Source: a virus. Taken from it: DNA of 64,000 nucleotides. Shown in pieces: positions 10,239-20,905 of this stretch. A program made the position numbers and the translations under genes. How positions within the stretch are numbered: position 1 is the stretch's first letter; each line of letters starts with the position of its first letter. The notes below the pieces were generated by a model, which ran no database searches, was not told the origin of the DNA, and saw only the letters and a program-made list of their open reading frames with translations. Location: IMG/VR virus record IMGVR_UViG_3300042887_004758, positions 32,001 through 96,000 of that record. One strand, 5' to 3'.

Positions 10239-10255
10239 GTTAAGAGAAAGTTAAG
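10239..10255 (-). promoter_or_regulatory. Tandem CTTAAC half-sites 11 nt apart (Pho-box-like)
   Basis: Minus strand reads CTTAACTTTCT-CTTAACAACCT upstream of the T9SS/TBDR operon. Confidence 0.4.
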
Positions 10256-10272
10256 TAAATAATAATAAGGAG

Positions 10273-10527
10273 TTATTTTTTTTCTTTACAGTAGGAACCT
10301 GAACATCTTTTCTTACCATCAAGACCAGGCATCCTTCCTTTACACACTTGAACCGCATATCCATTAGCATATGCACTTGGATAAACATCATATTTTGCTT
10401 TAGCGGCTGATATACCACGAGAACACAACTTATTTGATTTTTTCTTTTTCTCGGTAATGTAAGCCTCAATAAGAAACCTTCTCAAGATTTCTTTCATATC
10501 TTCATTATTTAAAATAATTTTACTCAT
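10273..10527 (-). CDS. Small basic phage protein (YPSAYANG motif)
   Basis: AKAKYDVYPSAYANG motif seen in T4-like phage proteins; leader MKEILRRFLIE. Confidence 0.7.
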   Translation of the reverse strand: MSKIILNNEDMKEILRRFLIEAYITEKKKKSNKLCSRGISAAKAKYDVYPSAYANGYAVQVCKGRMPGLDGKKRCSGSYCKEKK

Positions 10528-12023
10528 TTTTTATTTACGACTTGGAAATTTATTTCGTTTTTGTATGTGACAATATTATTATTTTGATTTAGTTGTAAAT
10601 CAATAAAATATTCATTTGGGATCTTGTCTTTAAGATCTAAAATAAAGAAATATTCCTGAGGTGTTCTATTAAGTTCAGTCCAATCTGTAACCTGAACCTC
10701 GGTTTGACCCTCCTTTACATATATCCTGTATTGAACATCAATGTCGTCGACAATATGTGATTTCGTATAAGCCTTTTTAGGTATAACCGATATTTTTCTT
10801 TGATCTGTGTTCAATATTTTCTCGGCGTATTGAATTCCATAGAATGTAAATCCGTACTCTTGAGTGTCGGGTAATGAGGTGTCATATTGTAAACTATCAC
10901 TATAAGATTTGAGTTCAAATTCATTTTCTATATTGGATAATACAACACCATTTAATACAAGATTTTTCCATCTATCGGTATATAAACAATTCAAACTTCC
11001 CCCCGTAATGGCAGGTACTGAAACCTTATATATCCCTTTACTAACTCTACAGGTTGATATACCTGTCAATCCCGCAATTTCATCGCCATTTGGATCTAAG
11101 ATGTCCACCGTAGGACTTGAATCCAAATTTATTGGGGATCCATTTCTTGAAATGTAGAGATAAAGTTCATTGGATGTACCTTCGGTAAAATTAGTTCTTG
11201 AATCATCAATCACATCATTCCAAGTGGAATAAAGGTAGGGTTCATAAAATGTTTGAGTATGTCTTGTAAAGAATCCCACAAAATATGATTCACTCAAACC
11301 TGTTAAGTTTTCTACTTGTGGAACATAAGCGACACCCCACCCTACATTATTTGTCAAAGATCCGTTTAAAATGGAGTTTATTTCACTTGTCATATCGAAT
11401 GAAATATCTTCGTCACCAAATTCAAAATGTTGGGTGTCTACAATGGTGAGTGCTGAATAATTAACCTGACCACTTGTTCCGGTATTATCATTTATATAAA
11501 TTCCGTTTGTACTCCAATCGTAAATAAGTTGTCTGTCAAAGTAATTGGATGGTCTCAATGAATAGGATTTATCAGTTTCAATAATGTTTCTATAATATTG
11601 ACTGTTAACATTGTCTACAGAGGTTTCGTTGAAATCATATCCAACACCTTCATCCCAACTTTGTGTTGTTCCTGTCGCTCCACCCGATTTTGGTATTCTA
11701 AAAAGAATCAAATCAAATGAAGTAGCTCTTCTTCTACCATCACTATTTGTTTCGTTTAGTAGATCCTCAAAGGCCGACGAATTGGTCATTCTTAATTCGT
11801 GGGTGATGTTTGTGTTACAGGATAAATTAAGATATCCTTCGGTAATTTTCTGTTGGAGAGGTTCTAAATCAAGATCAAAAATAAATCTCGAGAAAGATTT
11901 TGTTCCGATGGCGGGAAAGTTTGATCCGAAAAATAATTCTGTAACAGGGTTTCTACCCGTGTTTACTTCAGAATTAAAAACTATAGTATTGTTTCTACTA
12001 AAATATGAACGATGGTCAGACAT
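10524..12023 (-). CDS. Probable virion structural protein
   Basis: 499-aa beta-rich ORF; TATTTAT motif upstream (12039-12045, minus); next to the spike gene. Confidence 0.6.
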   Translation of the reverse strand: MSDHRSYFSRNNTIVFNSEVNTGRNPVTELFFGSNFPAIGTKSFSRFIFDLDLEPLQQKITEGYLNLSCNTNITHELRMTNSSAFEDLLNETNSDGRRRATSFDLILFRIPKSGGATGTTQSWDEGVGYDFNETSVDNVNSQYYRNIIETDKSYSLRPSNYFDRQLIYDWSTNGIYINDNTGTSGQVNYSALTIVDTQHFEFGDEDISFDMTSEINSILNGSLTNNVGWGVAYVPQVENLTGLSESYFVGFFTRHTQTFYEPYLYSTWNDVIDDSRTNFTEGTSNELYLYISRNGSPINLDSSPTVDILDPNGDEIAGLTGISTCRVSKGIYKVSVPAITGGSLNCLYTDRWKNLVLNGVVLSNIENEFELKSYSDSLQYDTSLPDTQEYGFTFYGIQYAEKILNTDQRKISVIPKKAYTKSHIVDDIDVQYRIYVKEGQTEVQVTDWTELNRTPQEYFFILDLKDKIPNEYFIDLQLNQNNNIVTYKNEINFQVVNKK

Positions 12024-12045
12024 ATAGATATTTTATCTATAAATA

Positions 12046-13569
12046 TCAATTTATCTTAAAGTTTTGACTTAAAACTTTTTGATAAGCATCCATCATTTTT
12101 TTCATTAATTCAGTTGTCGTCGCCCCATTTGTTGTAGTTGGTACTGGTGGTAGACCATGATAAGAGTGAACGTGAGTTATCAAATACTCGATTATGTAAT
12201 TCAACAATTCCAATAGCTCTTCACCTCTCACCATAGAAGACACATTCGGAACAATATTTTCATTTATAAAATCAGCTGATACTCCATAATTTGTCCCCTC
12301 TAAATTGACTTTTTGTTTTCCTGGTATTGTAGATTGGTGAGATAAAAAATAAAACTTATCGGCTCCGAATATTTGTACAGTTGAGTTGTCGGATGAAGTC
12401 TTCGAATCTTCTAAATTAAGTTGTCTAATCTGAACTGGATTATCTTTTTTATCCTTCGAAAAAATTAATCCGAATCCACCAAAACCAGAAGATTCAGTTG
12501 AACTCAAAGATATGCCTACTTGACCTTGAAATTGTAATGAGTTAAGTAAAACACGGGCATCAGAGGTTTGAGTTGTTGCCTCCAAAACTCTTTGTGTTGG
12601 TCTGTAATAAAATGGAAATACATTACCTAAAGAAGGAGAAATACTTAGAGTTGAGTTTTTGAATTTGTCTAATAAAGTATTGATGAACTCAATCGCTTCG
12701 TCTATGGGTTTTCCAAGAAAGCTTTCTTTATAAGCTAATGTTTTTCCTTCGACAATAGTATCAGGAAGGATGTCCATAGTTCTTACATTTTGACCGGCAT
12801 CAATTCTATAAAAATAGATGTCGCCTGAAAAGTTGGACGTACTATCCAAATTAATTATATCCCACTCAACTAAATAAGATACATTAGTTACGACAGGTTC
12901 GAATTTAAAAACTTTTTTCAAAGTTTTTTCAGAAGTTGTTGTCTCCAAATTACTTAATTGAATAAACGATCTTCTTGGGTTCTCGTAGGGATAAATTTGT
13001 CCATTAGGCATTTTGAGTCCAATAGATTTTGCCTTCCCTGATCTCAATAAAAGATCTTCATCTTTTAAAATTATATCGGTATTATATCTTCCTAAAATTG
13101 CAATATCATTCGGATCGGGAAAAACAGATTGTGTTTTTGGATTGATATAAGAACCATCAGGGTTTTTTAGGTCCGGCATAGATGTAACTCTATTTCCCGT
13201 ATTTAATAATTGTTCAGAATTTGCATATACATCTTTATATTGAACTACAGGTGAAGAAATTGGCCCCTGAACATAAAACTTATTCTTATCATCTTCATAT
13301 TTTGGGTTAGAATAAATAATGTGAACATATTCACCGACCTTAGGAATTTGTCTGAAAAAGTATGGAATTAAAGAATTATAGACAAAAGGATCTCGTTTAG
13401 TCCAAAAATACTTAGAAGGAATATCACCGGGAATGTCAAATACTTCATCAGGAAAACTCGCCTTTATGATGTCATTACTATATCGTGTGGTTGGGCGAGC
13501 ACGAATTCTACCAATCACCAAAGGATCGTCAACCGAAACACATATTCCAGGATGTATTATTTTGGGCAT
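12046..13569 (-). CDS. Baseplate central spike/hub protein (gp5/VgrG-like)
   Basis: N-terminal OB-fold pattern (DDPLVIGRIRAR...IPKVGEYV) and C-terminal HVHSYH metal-binding tip motif. Confidence 0.7.
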   Translation of the reverse strand: MPKIIHPGICVSVDDPLVIGRIRARPTTRYSNDIIKASFPDEVFDIPGDIPSKYFWTKRDPFVYNSLIPYFFRQIPKVGEYVHIIYSNPKYEDDKNKFYVQGPISSPVVQYKDVYANSEQLLNTGNRVTSMPDLKNPDGSYINPKTQSVFPDPNDIAILGRYNTDIILKDEDLLLRSGKAKSIGLKMPNGQIYPYENPRRSFIQLSNLETTTSEKTLKKVFKFEPVVTNVSYLVEWDIINLDSTSNFSGDIYFYRIDAGQNVRTMDILPDTIVEGKTLAYKESFLGKPIDEAIEFINTLLDKFKNSTLSISPSLGNVFPFYYRPTQRVLEATTQTSDARVLLNSLQFQGQVGISLSSTESSGFGGFGLIFSKDKKDNPVQIRQLNLEDSKTSSDNSTVQIFGADKFYFLSHQSTIPGKQKVNLEGTNYGVSADFINENIVPNVSSMVRGEELLELLNYIIEYLITHVHSYHGLPPVPTTTNGATTTELMKKMMDAYQKVLSQNFKIN

Positions 13570-13571
13570 TT

Positions 13572-13784
13572 TTATGAATTTGTTCTATTTTTATATCTAA
13601 CTAAAAGTTCATTGTAAACCGTTTCAGTTATTTTCATATGTTCAGAAACTTTTTCGATAATTTTCTTGGAATCATCAAAATCTCTTCTAAGAATATCCAA
13701 AACTTCGGTAATTTTTTTATTTGGGGTATTATCGAAGTCAGATATTACTTCCTTTATAAATTTTTGTTCGTTTTCTGTAATCAT
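13572..13784 (-). CDS. Hypothetical coiled-coil protein
   Basis: Co-oriented and tightly packed in the operon. Confidence 0.65.
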   Translation of the reverse strand: MITENEQKFIKEVISDFDNTPNKKITEVLDILRRDFDDSKKIIEKVSEHMKITETVYNELLVRYKNRTNS

Positions 13785-15721
13785 GTTACTTTACCATATA
13801 GTTTAGCTGGACCCAAAAAACCACCCGCAGTAGGTACTAATGGTGTAAGTTCATTTCCAAAATTTACTGTTGAAATTTGAACTTTTGAGTTTTCATCCAT
13901 TTCTTTTTTATATGCCCTCATTTGTGAGAAAGCATCTATCAAACCTAAATTTGGTGATCCATCAGGCATATCCCCGTTTGGGAATCCTAGTTTGTCTCTC
14001 TGTTCAATGTGATTTGAAAAAGCTCTGATTTCGGAAAATCCTTCCAACAAACCGGCAAAAGCAAGTGCGGGAAGAGGTATATCCAGTTTAGGGGCCAACA
14101 ATCTCAAAAGTGTTAATAACTCGTCAACTATACTTCTACACCTTTTGTAGTCACGAATCAAATTTACTAAAACAAAAGCAATAGAAAGTAATTTAGTGAT
14201 GATTACTATATATGAATTCTTAACTGATTTACTTATTTCTTTATTTAAGGAAGTAATGAGTTTGTAAATTTGTTTTTTTATTATTATAACTAAAACTTCT
14301 TTGAATTTTGCTTGAATTTCAGCAATCAAAGTGATCATGATATTTCTCATGTTGTCCAAGAAACTTTGGAAATCTTCTACTAAATCGACAAAATTTTGTT
14401 TTAATGCTTTGAACATTATAAAAATCGGCAACAAAACTTTAGGACTAATCAAAGACATAACAATAGTTTTGGGGAGTTGCCTCAGTACTTCTAAGTTTAG
14501 AACCGCATTAAAGTCAATTGTAGGAAGATTTTGTGACCACTCGGGGTTTTGTGCGGTTTCTTTAATATATTCTAAGAGTTCTTCTTGCAGTTGTTCATCA
14601 GTTTTATTTGAAGGGTTTTCCCAAATATTTGAAATATTAGTAATAATTTGATTGTAATCGACAGGTAATTTAACAGTATCACAACCCTCGAATTCAGAGA
14701 CTCGATTCATTACGTTATTGACCTCATTTTCTACATCTCTCAACTCAAATTCGGATAATTCAAAAAAAGAATCATCGATTTCCTCCAAAACAGAAATTTT
14801 AGAAGTTCCACCCACCTCAATTTCTTGAGTATTGTCAAAACATAGTCCAAGTATTCTCTGTATTATTTTCAATGAAACCGAAACATCCTCCAATTTTTTT
14901 TGACCAACATTCAATGACATATCAAGACATCCTGTAAGTAAGTTCATGATATTTTTGGCTATGTCCGTAAATTCAAAAATTTGGACACTTTGATAATAAT
15001 CAACTAAAAAGTCAGAAACGGTAGTAGGTGAGTTGAGTTTAGGTTGAAGTGTTATTTCATAAAAATCACCAAAATTACCAGTGTTAAGATCTTGAGTAAC
15101 ATATTTTATATCAAAAAGATCTTGACCTGAATTTCCTTTATAAAATTGACCATATTGTTCCGAATAACTTTGACTACTTAAAGTTCGATTATATAATTCT
15201 CTATTCATCGAAAATGGATTATTTTGAATAGAAAGAGGATCTTTTTCGTACAAAATTTTAGTTTGATTATCGTCGGGTGAATATTTTAAATAATCTAACA
15301 GGTCAATAGATTCGAGTTTTATGTATATTTTTTCGTTTGGAACATACTGTTGTTCTTGGTCACACCCTAAAGCTTTGATGGTAGAATCGGTAAGAAGTGT
15401 GGGGAGTTGATTTTTGACTTCTCTTGCCGCGTCCAACATGGCTTTCAATAAAATATCCAAAGTTTCACTTCCCGTCTCTGGATTTCTTACCAATTCTAAT
15501 AGCTGATCGTATTGGTTTTTTACCTTAGAAGAATTAAACTTTTGTGTTGCATTCTCTTTAGCGGAATTCAGTGTTTCAGAAAAAAACTTATTACTGGCAC
15601 TTTCAGCGTCACCAAGTCTTGTTTCTATTGAACTTATTTGTTTGAGTATTTTTTTACTGGTCTGACCACTTTTGATCTTACTCTTAATCTGATCGAAGTC
15701 ACCGCTTAAATCAAGTGCCAT
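13781..15721 (-). CDS. Hypothetical large helical protein (possibly virion)
   Basis: 646-aa ORF, translationally coupled to its neighbours. Confidence 0.7.
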   Translation of the reverse strand: MALDLSGDFDQIKSKIKSGQTSKKILKQISSIETRLGDAESASNKFFSETLNSAKENATQKFNSSKVKNQYDQLLELVRNPETGSETLDILLKAMLDAAREVKNQLPTLLTDSTIKALGCDQEQQYVPNEKIYIKLESIDLLDYLKYSPDDNQTKILYEKDPLSIQNNPFSMNRELYNRTLSSQSYSEQYGQFYKGNSGQDLFDIKYVTQDLNTGNFGDFYEITLQPKLNSPTTVSDFLVDYYQSVQIFEFTDIAKNIMNLLTGCLDMSLNVGQKKLEDVSVSLKIIQRILGLCFDNTQEIEVGGTSKISVLEEIDDSFFELSEFELRDVENEVNNVMNRVSEFEGCDTVKLPVDYNQIITNISNIWENPSNKTDEQLQEELLEYIKETAQNPEWSQNLPTIDFNAVLNLEVLRQLPKTIVMSLISPKVLLPIFIMFKALKQNFVDLVEDFQSFLDNMRNIMITLIAEIQAKFKEVLVIIIKKQIYKLITSLNKEISKSVKNSYIVIITKLLSIAFVLVNLIRDYKRCRSIVDELLTLLRLLAPKLDIPLPALAFAGLLEGFSEIRAFSNHIEQRDKLGFPNGDMPDGSPNLGLIDAFSQMRAYKKEMDENSKVQISTVNFGNELTPLVPTAGGFLGPAKLYGKVT

Positions 15722-16092
15722 TACTTAAGATGATATTTACCATCATCAAGTTTGTCAATGTCTTTTCCGATTAAATTTTGAAGAACATCATCATCAATTT
15801 CACTTAAACTGAAATTTTCTTCACTTTGGTTGTTAGATTTTTCCCAAATCTGAGATTGAAGTTTTGACAAACTTAATTTTTTCTCGATGGTGTCATTTAT
15901 TATTTTTTGTTGTTCTTTAATAATTGGACCTAACACAGTCAAATCTTCAGGATCTTTCATCATTGAAGCCATCTTGTTCTGAAGTCTAACTGCAGTATTT
16001 CTTTGTTCAACCAACTCGTTGTAAATTTCTTGCATCAATCCCAAGATTGAATCTTTGGATAATTTGATTTCTTTTCTGCGTGGTTTTGTCAT
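15721..16092 (-). CDS. Hypothetical coiled-coil protein
   Basis: Stop/start overlap with the next gene. Confidence 0.7.
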   Translation of the reverse strand: MTKPRRKEIKLSKDSILGLMQEIYNELVEQRNTAVRLQNKMASMMKDPEDLTVLGPIIKEQQKIINDTIEKKLSLSKLQSQIWEKSNNQSEENFSLSEIDDDVLQNLIGKDIDKLDDGKYHLK

Positions 16093-16100
16093 ATCTATAA

Positions 16101-16844
16101 TTATTCAGAATTCAATTTATTTAAGAATTCATAATACAGATGACGGTACTTTTTGATTGAACTCCTGACTTCTTTTGTGGACATGTTTGTCATTTCTCTT
16201 ATTGAAAGAAGTATGACGTTTTTATTGAATTTGTTGTTGTCGTTACCCAAGAAAACTCTCTCATAGTTTTTCAATAATTCAACAAGAGCATATCCCAACT
16301 TTATTTCATTTGTATTGAGATCAGATTTTTCAATAAAATCTTCAAGTTTTTCAACATACATATCAATGACTTCGGTCGTTTCTACATTTTCATATTCTAA
16401 ATAATAAATCAAGTCAGGTCTATTCTCTAAATTACTTGAAATATCCTCATATGAAATTCTTCTATTCTGATCTTTTTGGTCTTTTATGATCTGACCCATC
16501 AAATAGTTTTTACATATGGTTCCGAAATAAGAATATGCTTTTTTGTTTTTTTCAGGTTGAAATTTATCAACTTTGGTCAATAAAAAAGAATGCGTATCAC
16601 TATGGATGTCATTAAAATCCATATCTTTTCTGTATAACTTATATCGTCTTATGATTGATGAAATCATCTTATCCAATGGTGCGTGGAGAAACTCATCGTA
16701 GATTTTGTTTTTTTCACCCCACGTTTCGGCCTGAAGGAACATACGAACTGCATGTTCCTCCCTCTCGGCGAAATAATTTTTTTCTTTGGGTTTACGTCCC
16801 TTCTTAACTTTTTCAGTTTCCGTTACTGCTGACGTTGGATTCAT
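16101..16844 (-). CDS. Phage sigma factor, T4 gp55-like (late transcription)
   Basis: DKFQPEKNKKAYSYFGTICKNYL resembles sigma region 2 of the gp55 family (FDPEK..NPFAYFTQI). Confidence 0.65.
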   Translation of the reverse strand: MNPTSAVTETEKVKKGRKPKEKNYFAEREEHAVRMFLQAETWGEKNKIYDEFLHAPLDKMISSIIRRYKLYRKDMDFNDIHSDTHSFLLTKVDKFQPEKNKKAYSYFGTICKNYLMGQIIKDQKDQNRRISYEDISSNLENRPDLIYYLEYENVETTEVIDMYVEKLEDFIEKSDLNTNEIKLGYALVELLKNYERVFLGNDNNKFNKNVILLSIREMTNMSTKEVRSSIKKYRHLYYEFLNKLNSE

Positions 16845-17652
16845 CCACTAATTCAGGTTCGTATTTTATTTCCCTATCCTGAATGAAGAAGTATTCCTTT
16901 TTGGCAACTTCTAACCAAAACTTAGCTTCATCAGGACTTAAAGGACTTTCACCGAACTTATAATTCCAAAAAATGGATCCTAACCTCATATTCGTATGTT
17001 TGTAACCAATCTTAGGGATGGTTCTTATAATTGCGGAATTATATGTCATTCTCATTAAGAATTCATACACAAATGTTAACTTCATCGACTCTTTAAATCC
17101 TCCATAATCCAAGAATGTTTCTTTTCTAATAACCATCCCACTACTTTGGAAGTTCTGAAAACGAGCGAGTAACTCGTTTGTAACTATACCGTAATCCAAA
17201 TTAAAGTTTGCGGCAAAGGTTGCTTCGTTGGTGAAACCAGCAAATTGGTTTTTGTCATCGACATCAACAACTACAGGCAAAAATGCTTGAGAGTCAGGAT
17301 ATGCTTCTTTATAGATTTCTACATTTTTGAACCAAATTGCGGAATATTCATCATCGAATTCACAAAAAGAAACCCACTCGTTAGTTGCTTTTGACACACC
17401 ATAGTTTATTTGTGCTTGAAATGATGGTTCACCTTCATAAGTCTCGATTTTGACTATATTTTGTAAGTCTCCGAAATCATAATCTGTCAAAAATAACTGA
17501 AGTGATTCTTCGGCGGTGGGGACGATTATGAATTCTGTTGGTAATACCTTTTGTTTTTGTATTGATTCAACAAGTTTTGAAAAAAAATCCGAAAAGTCTT
17601 TTGTTTTGGATGACTTGATCGGTAATATTATTGTAGTATTTGATGTACTCAT
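16813..17652 (-). CDS. Glycosyltransferase, GT2/GT-A fold
   Basis: TIILPI start, INYGVSKA, FCEFDDEY (DxD-like), GGFKESM. Confidence 0.8.
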   Translation of the reverse strand: MSTSNTTIILPIKSSKTKDFSDFFSKLVESIQKQKVLPTEFIIVPTAEESLQLFLTDYDFGDLQNIVKIETYEGEPSFQAQINYGVSKATNEWVSFCEFDDEYSAIWFKNVEIYKEAYPDSQAFLPVVVDVDDKNQFAGFTNEATFAANFNLDYGIVTNELLARFQNFQSSGMVIRKETFLDYGGFKESMKLTFVYEFLMRMTYNSAIIRTIPKIGYKHTNMRLGSIFWNYKFGESPLSPDEAKFWLEVAKKEYFFIQDREIKYEPELVDESNVSSNGN

Positions 17653-18713
17653 AGTTCAGCTTCTACTGGTTTAAGTTTATCTAATTGTTGTTCCAATGAT
17701 TCAACTCGATTAGAAACATATTCTTGAAATAATTTATTCGAAAGAGTTACGAACTCTTCATGATTCTGATATTTTTTGGCAGTGTCCAAACCTTCTTGTA
17801 TTAAAGTTTCCGACACATTATCTTCTAACCAATTTTTAATATATTCTGCCAAGATATCAACCAAATCAAAATTATTTGTTGTCCAAATACCATTCTTCTC
17901 ATTAATCCATTCAGGTTCGATATAGGGAATTCTTCCAATGACTGGTGTACCCACAGACATTGACTCCAACGGATATGTTCCAAAAGATGATTTTTCATCT
18001 ATCCAAACAGAAACACATGCGTCTCGGAGTGGTTCATAAAATTGATCTTGATTCATAGATCTCATATCACGGAATGTAAACCAACGGTATTGAGGATATT
18101 TCTGATAGAAAATTTTAATCAAATTCAAAGAGTCTCTCTGTTCTCTTGAGTGAATCGCAATAATTGGTTTTGCTGGTTTATCTTTTTCGGTTGCGTATTT
18201 TGATAGAGGAACGGGTAAAACATCAACAGACACACTTCTGAAAATATCTCTTACCTTTTCAGCTAAAATTTCTGAAGTGGTCAAACACTTGTACACTCCA
18301 AATCCATTCCAACTTTGACCTGGTTTGAGAGTCTCGAATACATGATCATATGCTTGTGTGAGAATAATTTTACCACATGGAAGATTTTGAACCTGTTCGA
18401 TGATATATCCCAATAACTCAGGAATAATCAAAAAATCCTCAACCCCAACCTGTAAATTCTGACCATTTACATAATTTTCTTCGAGATCCTCGTATCCTTC
18501 ACCCAACCATGTTTTGTGTGATGTATATCCTTTTTCTTCAAACAAAATGATTGCATTTTTTCCATTTTGTTTCAAAGCATTCGCCAAATCATAAATGTAT
18601 TTTATTGATGCTTTGGGATTTCCTTTTGTATCTTGCACAAAAAAATAAAACTTATTAGTTCCGTTCTTAAGTGCTAAAATAGTTTTCTCTATTTTTACTA
18701 TATTATCTGTCAT
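17649..18713 (-). CDS. Glycosyltransferase, GT-B (GT4-like)
   Basis: SSFGTYPLESMSVGTPVIG resembles the EX7E motif. Confidence 0.75.
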   Translation of the reverse strand: MTDNIVKIEKTILALKNGTNKFYFFVQDTKGNPKASIKYIYDLANALKQNGKNAIILFEEKGYTSHKTWLGEGYEDLEENYVNGQNLQVGVEDFLIIPELLGYIIEQVQNLPCGKIILTQAYDHVFETLKPGQSWNGFGVYKCLTTSEILAEKVRDIFRSVSVDVLPVPLSKYATEKDKPAKPIIAIHSREQRDSLNLIKIFYQKYPQYRWFTFRDMRSMNQDQFYEPLRDACVSVWIDEKSSFGTYPLESMSVGTPVIGRIPYIEPEWINEKNGIWTTNNFDLVDILAEYIKNWLEDNVSETLIQEGLDTAKKYQNHEEFVTLSNKLFQEYVSNRVESLEQQLDKLKPVEAEL

Positions 18714-19011
18714 CGTCTTCTGTTTTTTTCAATATATTATCTTTAACTAAGGTATTAAATGCTAATTTAAAATCTATAGGAACATCACTTCCTCTCATCC
18801 CCATATTTTCATCGATATCTTCTTTCTCTGTTAATAAAACTTCAATCAAAAATTTGTAAACTTCGTAACTTACAACATTTATTGAAATTTTTTCATCAAC
18901 ATCGGCTCCATCTTCTTCTGTAATGACTTGTGTTGGTTTTGCGTCAATACGAAGTTTCGCATCTAGATGATTTAAATCTAAATACCATTCATCTCCAAAA
19001 ATTTTAAACAT
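18703..19011 (-). CDS. Hypothetical protein
   Basis: Operon-packed ORF. Confidence 0.65.
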   Translation of the reverse strand: MFKIFGDEWYLDLNHLDAKLRIDAKPTQVITEEDGADVDEKISINVVSYEVYKFLIEVLLTEKEDIDENMGMRGSDVPIDFKLAFNTLVKDNILKKTEDDDR

Positions 19012-19612
19012 TAATTATATTATTTTTATAAAAATTTATAAATTCTTCTAAAGAGTAAATCCTTTTACCGTATTCATAAGATGAGTTTTGTTCGTTACTA
19101 AATAAAACTACATTCGGAATCCAGTTTTTATAATCGTTTATTAGTGAGGTGTTACAAGTTACCAACACATCGACATCTTTCAAAATACGATCAATAGTTT
19201 TATCATTGTAGAATAATATCTCCTCAATTTCACATCCAAATTTAGACAGAAAAAATAAAGTGGAGGGTTTAGATCTACCGATTTCATCTGAAACAATAAT
19301 TATTTGATTGTCATCTCGTAGTTCTTTATAGATTTGGTTCAGAACTTGAAATGTATTCATTTCTGTTGATGGGGCATGACCAAAAATAGTCATTGGGTTT
19401 TCTATATAAATAAATTCATACAGTTCATCGTCAGATTGAAACTTGAAATGATCTTTAATAATTTCAGTGTTGATGGGTCGTACTATTTCGTATTGGAATT
19501 GTTCTTCCTCTTCACCAACCTCTAACTCATCTATCAAATATTTCTCATATGTAGATTCCAATTTTTTAATGGTGTCCCGAAGAACACCATTTACTTCGAA
19601 AGCGATCCTCAT
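19004..19612 (-). CDS. HAD-fold 5'(3')-deoxyribonucleotidase-like protein with degenerate motif I
   Basis: MRIAFEVNGVLRD aligns to the HAD I-x-x-D-x-D-GVL motif; STLFFLSK. Confidence 0.6.
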   Translation of the reverse strand: MRIAFEVNGVLRDTIKKLESTYEKYLIDELEVGEEEEQFQYEIVRPINTEIIKDHFKFQSDDELYEFIYIENPMTIFGHAPSTEMNTFQVLNQIYKELRDDNQIIIVSDEIGRSKPSTLFFLSKFGCEIEEILFYNDKTIDRILKDVDVLVTCNTSLINDYKNWIPNVVLFSNEQNSSYEYGKRIYSLEEFINFYKNNIINV

Positions 19613-20361
19613 TCTTCGTATTTATCTAATATTTTATTGATCAGGGGATTACGAATAATGTCTTTATTGTCAAAACTAAATACACCAATATCTTCAACAT
19701 TTTGGAATTTGACCAAAGCGTCGTATAATCCCGAATGAGTTTTATCCTTGTATCTATCAGTCTGTTCTAAGTCGCCCGAGATAAAAAATTTACTATTGAA
19801 TCCAATACGAGTAAGAAGAAGTTTCATTTGTTTTGGAGTGGCATTTTGACCTTCTTCAAATATTAGAATTGAGTTGTCAATATTCATACCCCTCATGTAC
19901 GCCAAGGCAAAGACCTCAATTACCTCTACTTCTTTCAATTTTTCTCTAGCTTCTTTACCAATGATCTTATTCATTAAGTAATAACTCGGAAAGATGTAGG
20001 GATCAAGTTTTTCTTCTACATTACCAGGTAATGATCCTAATTTTTCTTCAGCTTCAACGGCTGGTCTTACTATTATAATTTTCTCATAACCATTTTCAGG
20101 GTCACAAAGTAAATCAATAGCCGCTCTCATAGCAACAAAAGATTTCCCAACACCAGCCGGACCTGAACAAATCGTGATCTGATTGTTACAAAGAATATCA
20201 TAATAATCTTTTTGTGAATCAGTCAAAAACTTTTTTCTTGGTCTTTTAGTGACTATAGAATTTATTAATTCTTTCTTGTTTACATAAACCTCTCTTGGTT
20301 TAGTATCTTCTTTTTTTCTTTGTGTTCTTGTTTTTTTATACTCCTGTTGACCCGAATCCAT
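19609..20361 (-). CDS. phoH: PhoH-family ATPase
   Basis: GPAGVGKS Walker A, RPAVEAEEKLGSLPG, LAYMRG, EEGQNAT, LTRIG, GDLEQTD. Confidence 0.95.
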   Translation of the reverse strand: MDSGQQEYKKTRTQRKKEDTKPREVYVNKKELINSIVTKRPRKKFLTDSQKDYYDILCNNQITICSGPAGVGKSFVAMRAAIDLLCDPENGYEKIIIVRPAVEAEEKLGSLPGNVEEKLDPYIFPSYYLMNKIIGKEAREKLKEVEVIEVFALAYMRGMNIDNSILIFEEGQNATPKQMKLLLTRIGFNSKFFISGDLEQTDRYKDKTHSGLYDALVKFQNVEDIGVFSFDNKDIIRNPLINKILDKYEE

Positions 20362-20905
20362 TCGCGTTTCTATCTTTATCGTTTATTTCGTTGACTTTGG
20401 TAAGATTAACTGAATCACCATTTAACACAGGTGCCATTACCGCTTGAGCAACTTTCATTCCTTTGTGTATTGTAATGTCCATCGTACTGTTATTCATTAA
20501 TATAACCTTTATTTCACCATTGTAACCAGAATCGACAGTTCCTGGAGAATTTAAGACGGAAATACCTTTATTAAGGGCAAGACCACTTTTGGATCTTACT
20601 TGAATTTCATATCCATAAGGAATATCGAAATATAGTCCTGTTGGGACAATAGACCATGATTTAGCCGATATGGTCACTTCAACATTTGATAGTAGATCAA
20701 AACCTGAATCACTTCCATAATTGTAAAAAGGGTCAGGGTTGTCTGATTTATTTACAAAAGACAAAGCGATTTTAGGTTTATAATCTTTTATCTGTTGTTC
20801 CAACAAAGACATGGTTTCTTGCATTTTTGACTGATCGGCTGACATATCCATCAATTCTTTTAGTGCCGACATTGTACTTGTAAAATTTTTAATCTCTTTA
20901 ATCAT
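20336..20905 (-). CDS. dut: Trimeric dUTPase
   Basis: SGFDL, RSKSGLA, GTVDSGYNGEI, AQ and RNANGFGSTG motifs. Confidence 0.95.
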   Translation of the reverse strand: MIKEIKNFTSTMSALKELMDMSADQSKMQETMSLLEQQIKDYKPKIALSFVNKSDNPDPFYNYGSDSGFDLLSNVEVTISAKSWSIVPTGLYFDIPYGYEIQVRSKSGLALNKGISVLNSPGTVDSGYNGEIKVILMNNSTMDITIHKGMKVAQAVMAPVLNGDSVNLTKVNEINDKDRNANGFGSTGV

